The notes under the pieces were generated by a model. The model searched no databases. It saw only the letters and a program-made list of their open reading frames with translations, and had not been told where the DNA came from. A stretch of 38,935 nt of DNA from a virus (Duplodnaviria; Caudoviricetes): positions 1 to 38,935 of IMG/VR virus record IMGVR_UViG_3300020580_000031. One strand, written 5' to 3'. The position numbers and the translations under genes were made by a program. This document shows, piece after piece, positions 8,576 through 17,099 of this stretch; within the stretch, counting starts at the first letter, position 1, and every line of letters starts with the position of its first letter.

Positions 8576-9703
8576 CTGACCGGCCCGGTTCCCCGTGTAG
8601 GCGCCACCTCGAAAGAGGGCGTCTACACGGGGACCACCGATGTTCTCGCCACCGCCGACATCCTCGACGGCTACGTCGGCGCGCCGCTGGCCCGCTCCGC
8701 GCAGAAGATCTACTTCAAGCCAGCCCAGTACCCCACCACACCAGCCGCCGACGTCGCTGAACTCATCGGAGCGGGCTGCACACTGTGGCTGTGTTACCAG
8801 CCCACGTTCCCCGGCACCCCCGCCGACGCCAGCTCCCTCGCCGTCTCCGTTGAAGCGTTCCTGAACGCGGGCGCCAGGGTGCGGGTGGTGCTGTGGCAGG
8901 AAGTCCAGACCATCACCGGCATGTCCGCGGCCACGTGCAAAGCCGGGTTCGCCTACTACTACCCGGCTCTCCACGCCCTCGGTGTCGACGTCGTCTACGA
9001 CGCGTCCGGCGGCGCGGGCGAAGCCGCGTGGGCTTCCTGGTTCCCCAGCGGATCCTGCGACGTCGTCGCCGCGGACCTGTACTGCACCGCGTACGACTCC
9101 GGCACCACCCTCGCCACCCTCGCGTCCCTCGCCGCCCAGTCCAGCCCACCGCTGCCCGTCGGGATCGGCGAACTCGGCAACTCCGCCTCCGGTGGCACAC
9201 CCACCACGGCGCAGCTGACCGCCTACCTCAGCTACGTCACCACGTTCCTCACGGGCCGCCTCGCCGCTGGGCTGCCCGTGTCGGACGTCATGTGGTACAA
9301 CGGCGACCCCTCCGCCGCGCCGCCGCACCCGAACACCATCACCGGGCCCACCGACCCCCGCGCGGCTCTGCTGAAAACCCTGTGGCAGGAAGTCATGGGC
9401 GCTCAGCCAGGCAACACGCTCATGACCGCGGCGCAGACCGCCACCGTCACCCTCGCGCCAAAGGACGACCACGGAGACGTGACAGGCGACACGATCAGCT
9501 GGGCGTTCACCGGGCCCGTCACCACCACCATCGCCCCCGGCGGCCGGACGGCCACCGTGAAACCCGCCAGCGCGGCGGCGGCCGTCGCGGCCGTCACCGC
9601 GTCGGACACGAGTTCGCCGAAGGTGAAGCCCTTCACCGCGCAGCTCGCCGTCGGCGCCACACCTGGCAGCCGCCTCGCCGCGGCCATTACCGTTAACCCA
9701 TGA
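8576..9703 (+). CDS. GH-A-like glycoside hydrolase plus C-terminal Ig-like domain; probable CTG start
   Basis: Frame is open upstream of the listed 8879 start and stays similar to the 915 GH domain (GCTLWLCYQPTF vs GTKVILCLQPAF); GGGAG at 8565-8569 precedes an in-frame CTG at 8576; VVLWQE, DVVAADLY and GIGELG motifs. Confidence 0.7.
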   Translation: MTGPVPRVGATSKEGVYTGTTDVLATADILDGYVGAPLARSAQKIYFKPAQYPTTPAADVAELIGAGCTLWLCYQPTFPGTPADASSLAVSVEAFLNAGARVRVVLWQEVQTITGMSAATCKAGFAYYYPALHALGVDVVYDASGGAGEAAWASWFPSGSCDVVAADLYCTAYDSGTTLATLASLAAQSSPPLPVGIGELGNSASGGTPTTAQLTAYLSYVTTFLTGRLAAGLPVSDVMWYNGDPSAAPPHPNTITGPTDPRAALLKTLWQEVMGAQPGNTLMTAAQTATVTLAPKDDHGDVTGDTISWAFTGPVTTTIAPGGRTATVKPASAAAAVAAVTASDTSSPKVKPFTAQLAVGATPGSRLAAAITVNP

Positions 9704-10140
9704 ACGACCACACCACGCCGGAAACCATGACGCAGGTGGCGCCCTACCCGCGCGAACTCGCCAGCATCGTGGACCGCCTCTCCTACCGGGACGGGTGGAC
9801 GTTCCGTCTCGCCGACACCGACCGGGGGCAAGGCTCACGGGGATTGACGCTCGTCATCACCACCCGTGTGCCGGACAGCTACCACCCCGGACACACCATC
9901 CTCGTGGCGCATTACATGCTCGTGCCACCCGCCGCGTACAACGAGCGGTCATGGAAGTGGTGGCTGTTCGACCAGATCGGCCTTGTCGAACGCCATGAAC
10001 GCGCGGAGTTCTTCCGCATAGACGGGCAGCCGGTCACCCCACCCGCCCATGGTCCCGGGAACGATCCGTACCTGCTGCTCGACTACGGCACCGACCTGGA
10101 CCGGCGCACCCAGGCGACAGGCGCTGTCAATCCAGAGTGA
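9700..10140 (+). CDS. Hypothetical protein
   Basis: ATGA overlap; globular composition with VERHERAEFF motif. Confidence 0.7.
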   Translation: MNDHTTPETMTQVAPYPRELASIVDRLSYRDGWTFRLADTDRGQGSRGLTLVITTRVPDSYHPGHTILVAHYMLVPPAAYNERSWKWWLFDQIGLVERHERAEFFRIDGQPVTPPAHGPGNDPYLLLDYGTDLDRRTQATGAVNPE

Positions 10141-10271
10141 GCAGGCGTACCGTCACGGGCATGAACCTCTCCAACAGCAACAGCTTCGCCGCGACCCTCG
10201 ACACCATCCGCCCCGGTTCTGAACTGCCGTGGCTGTTCCGGCTGCTGACGCCTGACCAGACACGCCGCTGA
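10137..10271 (+). CDS. Small hypothetical protein (44 aa)
   Basis: GTGA overlap; translated by hand as MSRRTVTGMN...LTPDQTRR; fills the gap. Confidence 0.4.
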   Translation: MSRRTVTGMNLSNSNSFAATLDTIRPGSELPWLFRLLTPDQTRR

Positions 10272-10283
10272 GGAGGCCGCTCC

Positions 10284-10358
10284 ATGTACGTCGGGGGTGG
10301 GCTGATCGTCTTGATCCTGGTGATCATCCTGATCGTGTGGCTGATCCGCGGGGCCTGA
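10284..10358 (+). CDS. 24-aa single-TM micropeptide MYVGGGLIVLILVIILIVWLIRGA
   Basis: GAGGAGG RBS; fully hydrophobic helix; resembles small DUF3309-like bacterial membrane peptides. Confidence 0.65.
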   Translation: MYVGGGLIVLILVIILIVWLIRGA

Positions 10359-10365
10359 CCGCCGG

Positions 10366-10809
10366 TCAGGTGAACGACGCCAGCCGCAGCGCGTCACGGA
10401 CCAGGTGAGCGTGGTCGAACGCGACCCGCATTCCCCCATACGCGATTTCACGCGCCGGATGCCACCTGACGTCGGCCGCGTCATCGCCGGCCGTCGCGGT
10501 CGGCAGTTCCCCGGCGACGAGTTTCAGGTACGCCCAGCTGACCCATCGTCCCCGAGGATCACGGCCTGGGTACCCGTACACTCCGACGAGCCGCAGAAGC
10601 CCGGCGGTGAGCCCCGTTTCTTCGCGGAGCTCGCGGATCGCGGTGGCGCGCAGGTCTTCCCCCACGTCGGCCTGGCCGCCGGGCAGCGCCCACTGTCCCT
10701 GGTAGGGCTGGTAGCGGCGCTTCACGAGCAGTACCCACGGCTGGCCCTGGATCTCCCCCAGCACGATGATCTCAGCGGCCAGGTGAGCGAGTTCCGGTTC
10801 GGCTTCCAC
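10366..10809 (-). CDS. NUDIX hydrolase
   Basis: Nudix box GGQADVGEDLRATAIRELREETGL; RDPR and AFDH motifs. Confidence 0.92.
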   Translation of the reverse strand: MEAEPELAHLAAEIIVLGEIQGQPWVLLVKRRYQPYQGQWALPGGQADVGEDLRATAIRELREETGLTAGLLRLVGVYGYPGRDPRGRWVSWAYLKLVAGELPTATAGDDAADVRWHPAREIAYGGMRVAFDHAHLVRDALRLASFT

Positions 10810-10820
10810 GGATGTGTCTC

Positions 10821-11405
10821 CTAGCGGCCGAGGGCGAGCAGGATGACGCTGCCCAGCGCGGCAAGGGCGGCGAGGGGCTGGACCACCACATACTCGCTGC
10901 CGCGCCGCAGATGATGGTGGACGCGGCCCTGGTTCCGGCGGCGCTTCCGGCGGGTCTTACCGCCTGTCGTCACCCGGAGGAACCGGGGCAGCAACGCGAA
11001 ATGGACCATTGACCAGGGCCACAGCAGCGGGCAGCCTTCCTTCGTCAGCATGTCCATGACCGTGTGGTTGACGAATCCGAGGATGAGCGCCCAGGCGATC
11101 CACATGGGCCAGTGCGCCGCCTGGACGGCGAGCGCCGCGCCGCCGGCGAACAAGGCGATCCCGAGGAGGCTGTGGGTGATTTTCCGGTGGCCGCCGCAGG
11201 ACTTCCTGATCCCCCAGGAGACGATGCCGGTGACGTAGCCGAGGGACCGGGACGCTTCGCTGCGTTTGGAGTCGATGTCGTTGCAGACCGCGGCGAGGCC
11301 GCAGATCGCCGCGCCGCCGAACGCGGCCGCTGGGCGCAGGTGAAGGTAGGCGCTGGTGGCGAGCCACCCCGCGGCGCCGCACAAGCTGTGCGTATGACCC
11401 ATCAC
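10821..11405 (-). CDS. Membrane metal-dependent hydrolase (YdjM/DUF457-like)
   Basis: GHTH, DID, GHRKITHSL, HTVMDMLT..G.PLLWP motifs and TM helices. Confidence 0.85.
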   Translation of the reverse strand: MMGHTHSLCGAAGWLATSAYLHLRPAAAFGGAAICGLAAVCNDIDSKRSEASRSLGYVTGIVSWGIRKSCGGHRKITHSLLGIALFAGGAALAVQAAHWPMWIAWALILGFVNHTVMDMLTKEGCPLLWPWSMVHFALLPRFLRVTTGGKTRRKRRRNQGRVHHHLRRGSEYVVVQPLAALAALGSVILLALGR

Positions 11406-11447
11406 CTTGGGTGCCTCCGGGTGTGGTGGTTGGCGGTCACCGCGAGC

Positions 11448-11684
11448 TTATGTAGAAACGTCCCCGTGGTCAACCACGGGCTGAGCCCGCCCCGCGTGGT
11501 AAGCATCCCAGTCCAGCGGCGACGTCAGCGAAACCCAGTGAGGCCGGTTCCCGGCGGCTTTCGCCGCGGTGAACGCCTCCCGGGCTGCTTCCTTGTTCCG
11601 GAAGGGGCCCGTGACGCCGAGGACACAGTCGCCTCCCTCATACTCCTCGCAGCCGTCGGTGAGCTCCACCACGACGCCCGGCAT
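11448..11684 (-). CDS. Hypothetical protein
   Basis: Coupled to the upstream stop (TGATG) within the leftward operon. Confidence 0.55.
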   Translation of the reverse strand: MPGVVVELTDGCEEYEGGDCVLGVTGPFRNKEAAREAFTAAKAAGNRPHWVSLTSPLDWDAYHAGRAQPVVDHGDVST

Positions 11685-12172
11685 CAGCTGCCGCCTGACG
11701 TGCCCGCCGGGCCTGGTGGCGGCTGATCCGGCTCGTCAGGGCCATGTGTGGGCTGATAACAGCGAGCGCGTTCGTCAGCGCGGATCAGCGGCTCCACGGC
11801 CGTGAGGACCGCGCGGGCGACCCGGGCGACGCCGCGGCCGATGACTTTCAGGTCGCCGCTGACCGCGGCTTGCTCAGCGATGCCCGCGGCGAACGGGCGG
11901 GCCGCTGCCCCGGCGGCGTCCCAGATGGCCTGGGTGGCCGTGGGTGCCCCGGGGTCGCGCTGTGGCGTGCCGGTGTGTACTTCGACACCGTCAAGGAGCG
12001 GCACCACATTCAGGAGCCGTTCGTCGCCGTAATGCTCGACGTGGCCTTTAAGTTCGCGGCCGGCCTGGGCGTCGATTACGATGCGGCGGATCCCGGAGCC
12101 ATCACCCAGGCCAAGAGCGTCGGCGACGGCCCGGCCGAACACCTCACCCATGATCACCCTTGGCTGGTTCAC
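11684..12172 (-). CDS. Hypothetical protein
   Basis: GTG at 12172 overlaps the trigger factor stop (GTGA); begins MNQPRVIMGEVF. Confidence 0.6.
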   Translation of the reverse strand: MNQPRVIMGEVFGRAVADALGLGDGSGIRRIVIDAQAGRELKGHVEHYGDERLLNVVPLLDGVEVHTGTPQRDPGAPTATQAIWDAAGAAARPFAAGIAEQAAVSGDLKVIGRGVARVARAVLTAVEPLIRADERARCYQPTHGPDEPDQPPPGPAGTSGGS

Positions 12173-13509
12173 TGGGCCTCCCTGAGCGCGGTGACGTCGA
12201 CGGGGACGCCGGCGGTGTCGTGGACGGTGACCTGAGACGCGAGCCACGCCAGGGCTTTGCCCCGGAGCACCTCCACGGCGAACGCCGCCTCCTGGTGATA
12301 CGCGGTGACTTCGGACAGGAAATCGCCGGGGTCGACACCCGCTTCGGTGGCTTTCGCCGAGACGAACGCCGCGACTTCCTCCCCGTCGGTGGTGAGCCCA
12401 GCGACCTCGGCGACCTGGTCGAGAAGCAGCCCGGTCCGCACCGACTTCTCCGCCTCCGCCATTACCTCACCGCCGAGGTCAGCGGCGCCGGGCAGCCGCG
12501 CTCCGGCGATGTCGCTGGACACCCCACCGGTTCCGGGCTGGCGCCGCAGGAGACGTTCCCGCTGTTCCACCGCCGTCGTGACGGCCGACTCAGGCAACGG
12601 GAAATCGGTCACGGCGAGGACCGCGTCGACAGCGCGCTGGCTGGCCTGCTCAGCCTGGCGGGCGCGTTTCGCCGCGGCCAGGTCCCGGGTGATGGTTTCG
12701 CGCCACGCGGTGAGGGTGTCGTGTTCGCTGGCGTCCGCGGCGAACTTGTCGCCGAGTTCGGGGAGGACCTTGACGGCGACCCGGCCGACGGTGACTTTGA
12801 TGTCGGCTTCCCGCCCGGCGTGGGAGCCGCCGAGGAGCTTGTCCCGGACCATGGTCACGTCGCCGGCGCTGAGGCCGGTGAGGGCGGTGTCGAGGGACGC
12901 GAACAGGGTTCCGGCGCCCACCATGTAGGACACCTGCGTCACCTGCGCGTCGCTGACGAGCTCGCCGCCGGCTGACGCGGACATGCTCAGCGTCACGTAG
13001 TCGCTGGCGCTGGCGGGGCGGTGGACGGGTTCGAGCCACGCGAACCGTTCCCGCATCTCCGCCAGGAACTCATCCACCTCCCCGCCGGTGACCTCAGCGG
13101 TGTCGACTGTGACTTCCAGGCCGCTGAAATCGGGGAGGGTGATCTCGGGGCGGACATCAACGTCGGCGGTGAACACCACATGGGCTTCATCGACGACGGT
13201 GGTGACGTCAAGGTCCGGGTCACCAAGAACACGTAGGCCGGCGTCTTTCACCGCCGCCCGGTACAGGTCCGGCAGCACCTGCCGCAGCGCCTGCTGGATC
13301 ACCGTCTTCCGGCCGACACGGCGGTCGATCAGCCTCGGGGGGGCGTGCCCCGGGCGGAACCCGGGGACCATGACCTGTTTCGCGGCGTCCCGGTACGCGG
13401 CCGCCAGTGGTTCCCGCAGATAGCTGAACGGCACGTCCACGGTCAGTCGGACACGGGTCGCGGACAGTGGCTCCACGCCGGTGGACAACGTGGCCAGTGT
13501 GGCCGTCAT
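12169..13509 (-). CDS. tig: Trigger factor homologue (ribosome-associated chaperone / PPIase), 446 aa
   Basis: VEPLSATRVRLTVDVPF, VPGFRPGHAP (GFRxGxxP signature), FTADVDVRPEITLPDFSGLEVTVD, VKVLPELGDKFAADASEHDTL and EVLRGKAL match actinobacterial trigger factor; AAGGA RBS and ATGA overlap at 13506-13509. Confidence 0.93.
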   Translation of the reverse strand: MTATLATLSTGVEPLSATRVRLTVDVPFSYLREPLAAAYRDAAKQVMVPGFRPGHAPPRLIDRRVGRKTVIQQALRQVLPDLYRAAVKDAGLRVLGDPDLDVTTVVDEAHVVFTADVDVRPEITLPDFSGLEVTVDTAEVTGGEVDEFLAEMRERFAWLEPVHRPASASDYVTLSMSASAGGELVSDAQVTQVSYMVGAGTLFASLDTALTGLSAGDVTMVRDKLLGGSHAGREADIKVTVGRVAVKVLPELGDKFAADASEHDTLTAWRETITRDLAAAKRARQAEQASQRAVDAVLAVTDFPLPESAVTTAVEQRERLLRRQPGTGGVSSDIAGARLPGAADLGGEVMAEAEKSVRTGLLLDQVAEVAGLTTDGEEVAAFVSAKATEAGVDPGDFLSEVTAYHQEAAFAVEVLRGKALAWLASQVTVHDTAGVPVDVTALREAQ

Positions 13510-13811
13510 CGGAGTCCTTTCTGGCCGAAGAACACACGGGCGCCCAGGCGGAGCCGTTTCCCGGTGCCGTGGCATCGGCCGCAGTGGCCGAACGCGTACG
13601 TCCACACCTTCGAATGCAGCCGGTTGCTCCCACCGCAGCGGCCGCAGCGGAGGAACGGCCGCCGGCGGACGTCGAACAGGTAATAGGCGCCCAGTGCCCC
13701 GTCGGCCAGGACCGCCCACCCGATGGCGGCCAGGCTGTGGCTGGCGGCCGCGAGGACGAAAAGGATCAGGGCGGCCAGCGCGAGACTCCGGCCAGGGCTG
13801 CGGTCACTCAC
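13506..13811 (-). CDS. Small membrane protein with a DnaJ-type CxxCxG zinc ribbon
   Basis: N-terminal TM region then CGRCGG..CGRCHGTGKRLRLG; this type is common next to FtsK/TraB genes on actinomycete mobile elements. Confidence 0.7.
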   Translation of the reverse strand: MSDRSPGRSLALAALILFVLAAASHSLAAIGWAVLADGALGAYYLFDVRRRPFLRCGRCGGSNRLHSKVWTYAFGHCGRCHGTGKRLRLGARVFFGQKGLR

Positions 13812-14637
13812 CGGCGGCCTCCGCATCAGCCGGGCTAAGCAGCAGCGGGCGCAAGCGCCACTGCATGGGCTGCCCGCCTAGACGGACTATGGAGCCATCG
13901 GCTTCGAGTTCCTCAATCTTGTCGTACAACCACGGCCGCGACCGGCCAACCTCCAGCGCTATGGGCGCGAGATCGGATGCTTTGAACACCCACCCAGCCG
14001 GATGCCGCGCGAGCCACTCCCGGAAGCGCGCAGTCGAAAGCTCCGGTGAGAACGGGAATGTCACCGGAGCTGCGGGAACCTCGACGCCACCCTCGGGCAC
14101 CTCAGCCGTAACGTCCGGGGGAACCGGAAGGCCAGGCGCGATTGGGGGCGCCAAAGGGGGCTCACGGTGATAACGCCGCCGCTTGCGCGGTTCTGGCATA
14201 GGACGCAGCTGAACCTTAGCCCAGCCTTCCCGCCGGGCTATCTCCGCGAACTCCTGCTTCGACTCAGCCCACGCGGCGCGGCCCCTTTCCATGCGGCTAT
14301 TGGCGCGTTCCTCCTGGTCGCGGGTGCCCCACACGTTCAAGGGGGGCTGCAATCGGTCGATTAGCCACTCCTCCGTGAGGTGCATCTGGCGCTCGCTGTA
14401 ACACCGGAACAGGGAGACCCGAACGAAAGCGCCTCTCGTCGGGGACTGCTGATGCTCACCGAGACGGCGCAGGAGGTTCGTCGTCTGGCCCACATAGAGC
14501 AAGACGTCACGGTCATCCCACAGGCAGTAGACGCAAAAGCCCTGACTGGGAAAGCAGCCGAACGTCTCCGCACCCAGTCCCGCCAGCAGTTGGGCCGCAG
14601 GCGATCTACCGCGCCGGAGCCTGCCCCACATCGTCAC
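13804..14637 (-). CDS. GIY-YIG nuclease fused to a TraB-type C-terminal winged HTH
   Basis: CVYCLW..LLYVGQT.NLLRRLGEH..EEWLIDRLQPPLN is a GIY-YIG domain; C-terminal GRSRPWLYDKIEELEADG matches TraB GRSRPWLYDVLAEFERDG. Confidence 0.85.
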   Translation of the reverse strand: MTMWGRLRRGRSPAAQLLAGLGAETFGCFPSQGFCVYCLWDDRDVLLYVGQTTNLLRRLGEHQQSPTRGAFVRVSLFRCYSERQMHLTEEWLIDRLQPPLNVWGTRDQEERANSRMERGRAAWAESKQEFAEIARREGWAKVQLRPMPEPRKRRRYHREPPLAPPIAPGLPVPPDVTAEVPEGGVEVPAAPVTFPFSPELSTARFREWLARHPAGWVFKASDLAPIALEVGRSRPWLYDKIEELEADGSIVRLGGQPMQWRLRPLLLSPADAEAAGE

Positions 14638-14655
14638 TCAACCCTTTCCAAGGCT

Positions 14656-14748
14656 GTCGGATGGTCGATGATCACGTCAGACTGTCCCTGGAAAACGTCG
14701 GACGATCAACGTCAGGCACCCTCAGCGGGCGTCGGATGATCACGTCAG
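14656..14748. repeat. Three ~18-bp direct repeats GTCGGAYGATCA(A)CGTCAG, ~33-bp period; candidate clt / TraB recognition locus
   Basis: Copies at 14664-14680, 14697-14715 and 14731-14748, plus extra GTCRG pentamers; downstream of traB. Confidence 0.7.
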
Positions 14749-14835
14749 GGGCGTGTGACCAGCGGCTCTCTCCCGCGCTGACACCCCCAGCCCCCACGCG
14801 GCTGCCCGCCCGGGCCCACGCCCGCCCGCGGATGA

Positions 14836-15099
14836 TCATGACCTGTGCCTGCCCGGGCGCCCGCGGGAGCCCACGTACGCGCCGCCGAACGCCACCACGT
14901 ACAAGCCGGCGAGTTCGGCGTAGTGGCGGGGTGTCATGGGGGACCAGAGGTTGGCGGTGGCGAGGAACACCACCGCCAGTCCGATGGTCAGCGCCCACGA
15001 GTGGCGCCGCAGCCACGGCACCACGACGGCCCGGTGAGGCGCCAGGACCGTGGACGCCTTCAAGGGGATGATCTCGGTCTTCTCCGGGTCAGGCCGCAC
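14836..15099 (-). CDS. Small two-TM membrane protein (Spd-like)
   Basis: GGAG RBS and GTG 15099 overlapping the traB end; two hydrophobic helices. Confidence 0.65.
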   Translation of the reverse strand: MRPDPEKTEIIPLKASTVLAPHRAVVVPWLRRHSWALTIGLAVVFLATANLWSPMTPRHYAELAGLYVVAFGGAYVGSRGRPGRHRS

Positions 15100-17017
15100 T
15101 CTGGATCTCCCATGTCCACGGGCTGGTGCCCCGCTGCCGCAGGACCCCGTCACGTTCGAACTCGGCGAGGACGTCATACAGCCACGGCCTCGACCGGCCG
15201 GTCCGTTCACGCACCGCGGAGAGCTCGGGGATGCCGAAGGTGGTCTGGCCTTTCAGCCGCCACTCGTTCAGCTGGCGGCGGACCACGTCGCGGGCGGTGG
15301 CGGCGTCCATCGGCTCACTGGCCGGCGCGTCGCCGCCGAACTTCCACGCGCCGAACGGTGTGTCTTCGTCCACTTCGATGTCGGCCACGGGTTCATCATC
15401 TCCTTCGGCCACCTCGGGTGGTTCGACCACGTGGAGGGTGGCCGGGTGTGTGGTGGCCGGTGCTGTGGCCACAGTAGCCGGCCGGGGGTTTTCAGCCGGG
15501 AACACTGGAGCGGCCGCCAGATCAGCCAGCGCGGCCGCTGTCACATGGTCGAGTGGACGGTCGGTGGCTGGCCACTCGGCGGCGTGGGCGGCGATCAGGT
15601 GGCTGTCGTCACCCCAGAAGAACGCCCGCCACGGCATGATCCGCCGGTCGTCCGGGATCGACGGGGCGTCGATGTAGGCCATCCCCGGCTGGCTCGAACC
15701 CCAGTGCTCCGGGCTGCAGCCGGCGTCGGCCTGGCGGGCGGACAGGCCGAAGCTGGCGTCCTGGTCGTCGAGGACACCGAAGCAGGTCTTGGCGAGCTGC
15801 CCGCGGGCGAGAGTGGGCATCTGCGTCCAGTCGGACCGCTGCAGCGACAGCACCCACCGGATCCCCGCCGACCGCCCAGCTTTGACGTCACTCAGCCACG
15901 CCTCGAGGTCGTCGTCGTCGAGGAGCGCGATGATGTCGGGGCATTCCTCCAGCCAGATCGTCAGATGTGTCAGGCCGCAGCCTTCCCGCCACGACGGCAG
16001 GTGCTGGGTGGCGAGGTAGTCAGTGCGGGCCCGCACCAGCGGATGCAGGGCCCGCAGCCGGGCCCGCGCCTCCTCCGGGGTGGTTTCCAGGCAATGCAGG
16101 GCGGGCCGCAGCGGACCGAGGAACTGCTCACCCTTGGTGATGTCGAACGCCAGCACCGCCGCGTCATAGCGGGTGACCGTCTCCGCGATCTCACACCACC
16201 CCATCGACATGGTCTTGCCAACGCCGGTGGCGCCCATCACCTGGTTGTGGTGGTTGACCACCCGGTAGTCCATGGGCTCGGAGTCCTGCCACAAACCGAG
16301 CCGCACCGGTTCCGCGATCGACGCCCCCGGCCGCGACGGCCCCGGCCACGGCACCGGGGTTTTCAGCACGCGGGGGTCGGAGAACACGACGTGGGAGCGG
16401 CCGGCGTGGTCCTCATGCGGGCTGACGGTGATCGACTTCGGGGGCAGGCCCATCGCCGATTCCAGGTTCGGGGCGCGTTTGATCAGGTCCGCGGTGACCC
16501 CACCGGGTGGGTGCTGGACGACGGCGTGAGTCTTGCGGCCGGCCAGCTTGACCGACAGGACCTTGGCGCCTTCGAGGCTGGCGGGTTTCGCGGCGCGGCC
16601 GAACAGGTGATGCACACCGGCTTCGTCGCCGCCCTCATGGATGTGAACCCACATCGACCACCCGAACGCGACGACCATGCCGCCGATGAACCACACCCCC
16701 ACCACCACCCGGGTCAGCCCAGCCGCCTCCGCGGTGGCGAGCCACCCGAACGCGAGCAGGACCGTGACCGCGGCGAGGTAACGGCCGAGGCCTTCGCGGT
16801 GACGGGTCAGATGCGCCGCCAAGACGGACAGGACGAGGCCGCCGGACCCGACACACGCGGCGGCTTCCCACTGCGGCCACGCCAGCCGCAGCAGCAGGCC
16901 GCCGGTGAGGGTCGCGATCCACGCCAGCCACGGTGGCGCCACGACGACGACACGGGACAGTTCCCCGGCGGCGACACGCTCCAGGGTGTGGTTCTCATGG
17001 TCGCGGCTCCGCGCCAT
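15089..17017 (-). CDS. traB: TraB-type FtsK/SpoIIIE conjugative DNA translocase
   Basis: N-terminal TM helices, Walker A GATGVGKT, Walker B IWLEE, GRSAGIRWVLSLQR, C-terminal wHTH (GRSRPWLY): the architecture of Streptomyces plasmid TraB. Confidence 0.9.
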   Translation of the reverse strand: MARSRDHENHTLERVAAGELSRVVVVAPPWLAWIATLTGGLLLRLAWPQWEAAACVGSGGLVLSVLAAHLTRHREGLGRYLAAVTVLLAFGWLATAEAAGLTRVVVGVWFIGGMVVAFGWSMWVHIHEGGDEAGVHHLFGRAAKPASLEGAKVLSVKLAGRKTHAVVQHPPGGVTADLIKRAPNLESAMGLPPKSITVSPHEDHAGRSHVVFSDPRVLKTPVPWPGPSRPGASIAEPVRLGLWQDSEPMDYRVVNHHNQVMGATGVGKTMSMGWCEIAETVTRYDAAVLAFDITKGEQFLGPLRPALHCLETTPEEARARLRALHPLVRARTDYLATQHLPSWREGCGLTHLTIWLEECPDIIALLDDDDLEAWLSDVKAGRSAGIRWVLSLQRSDWTQMPTLARGQLAKTCFGVLDDQDASFGLSARQADAGCSPEHWGSSQPGMAYIDAPSIPDDRRIMPWRAFFWGDDSHLIAAHAAEWPATDRPLDHVTAAALADLAAAPVFPAENPRPATVATAPATTHPATLHVVEPPEVAEGDDEPVADIEVDEDTPFGAWKFGGDAPASEPMDAATARDVVRRQLNEWRLKGQTTFGIPELSAVRERTGRSRPWLYDVLAEFERDGVLRQRGTSPWTWEIQSAA

Positions 17018-17099
17018 CGGGGAACCCTCCGGTGATATGGGACGGCGGGAGCTGACCAGCGCCCCCGGTTTGCTTCGTTTACCGCCCGGCGTAGTTCGC

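Noticed and set aside
15050-17035. 661-aa plus-strand ORF and other long antisense ORFs (2355-3515, 8552-9838, 16905-18308, 32729-33853)
   Set aside because: Shadow frames of GC-rich genes with clear family motifs on the opposite strand; they have no motifs of their own.
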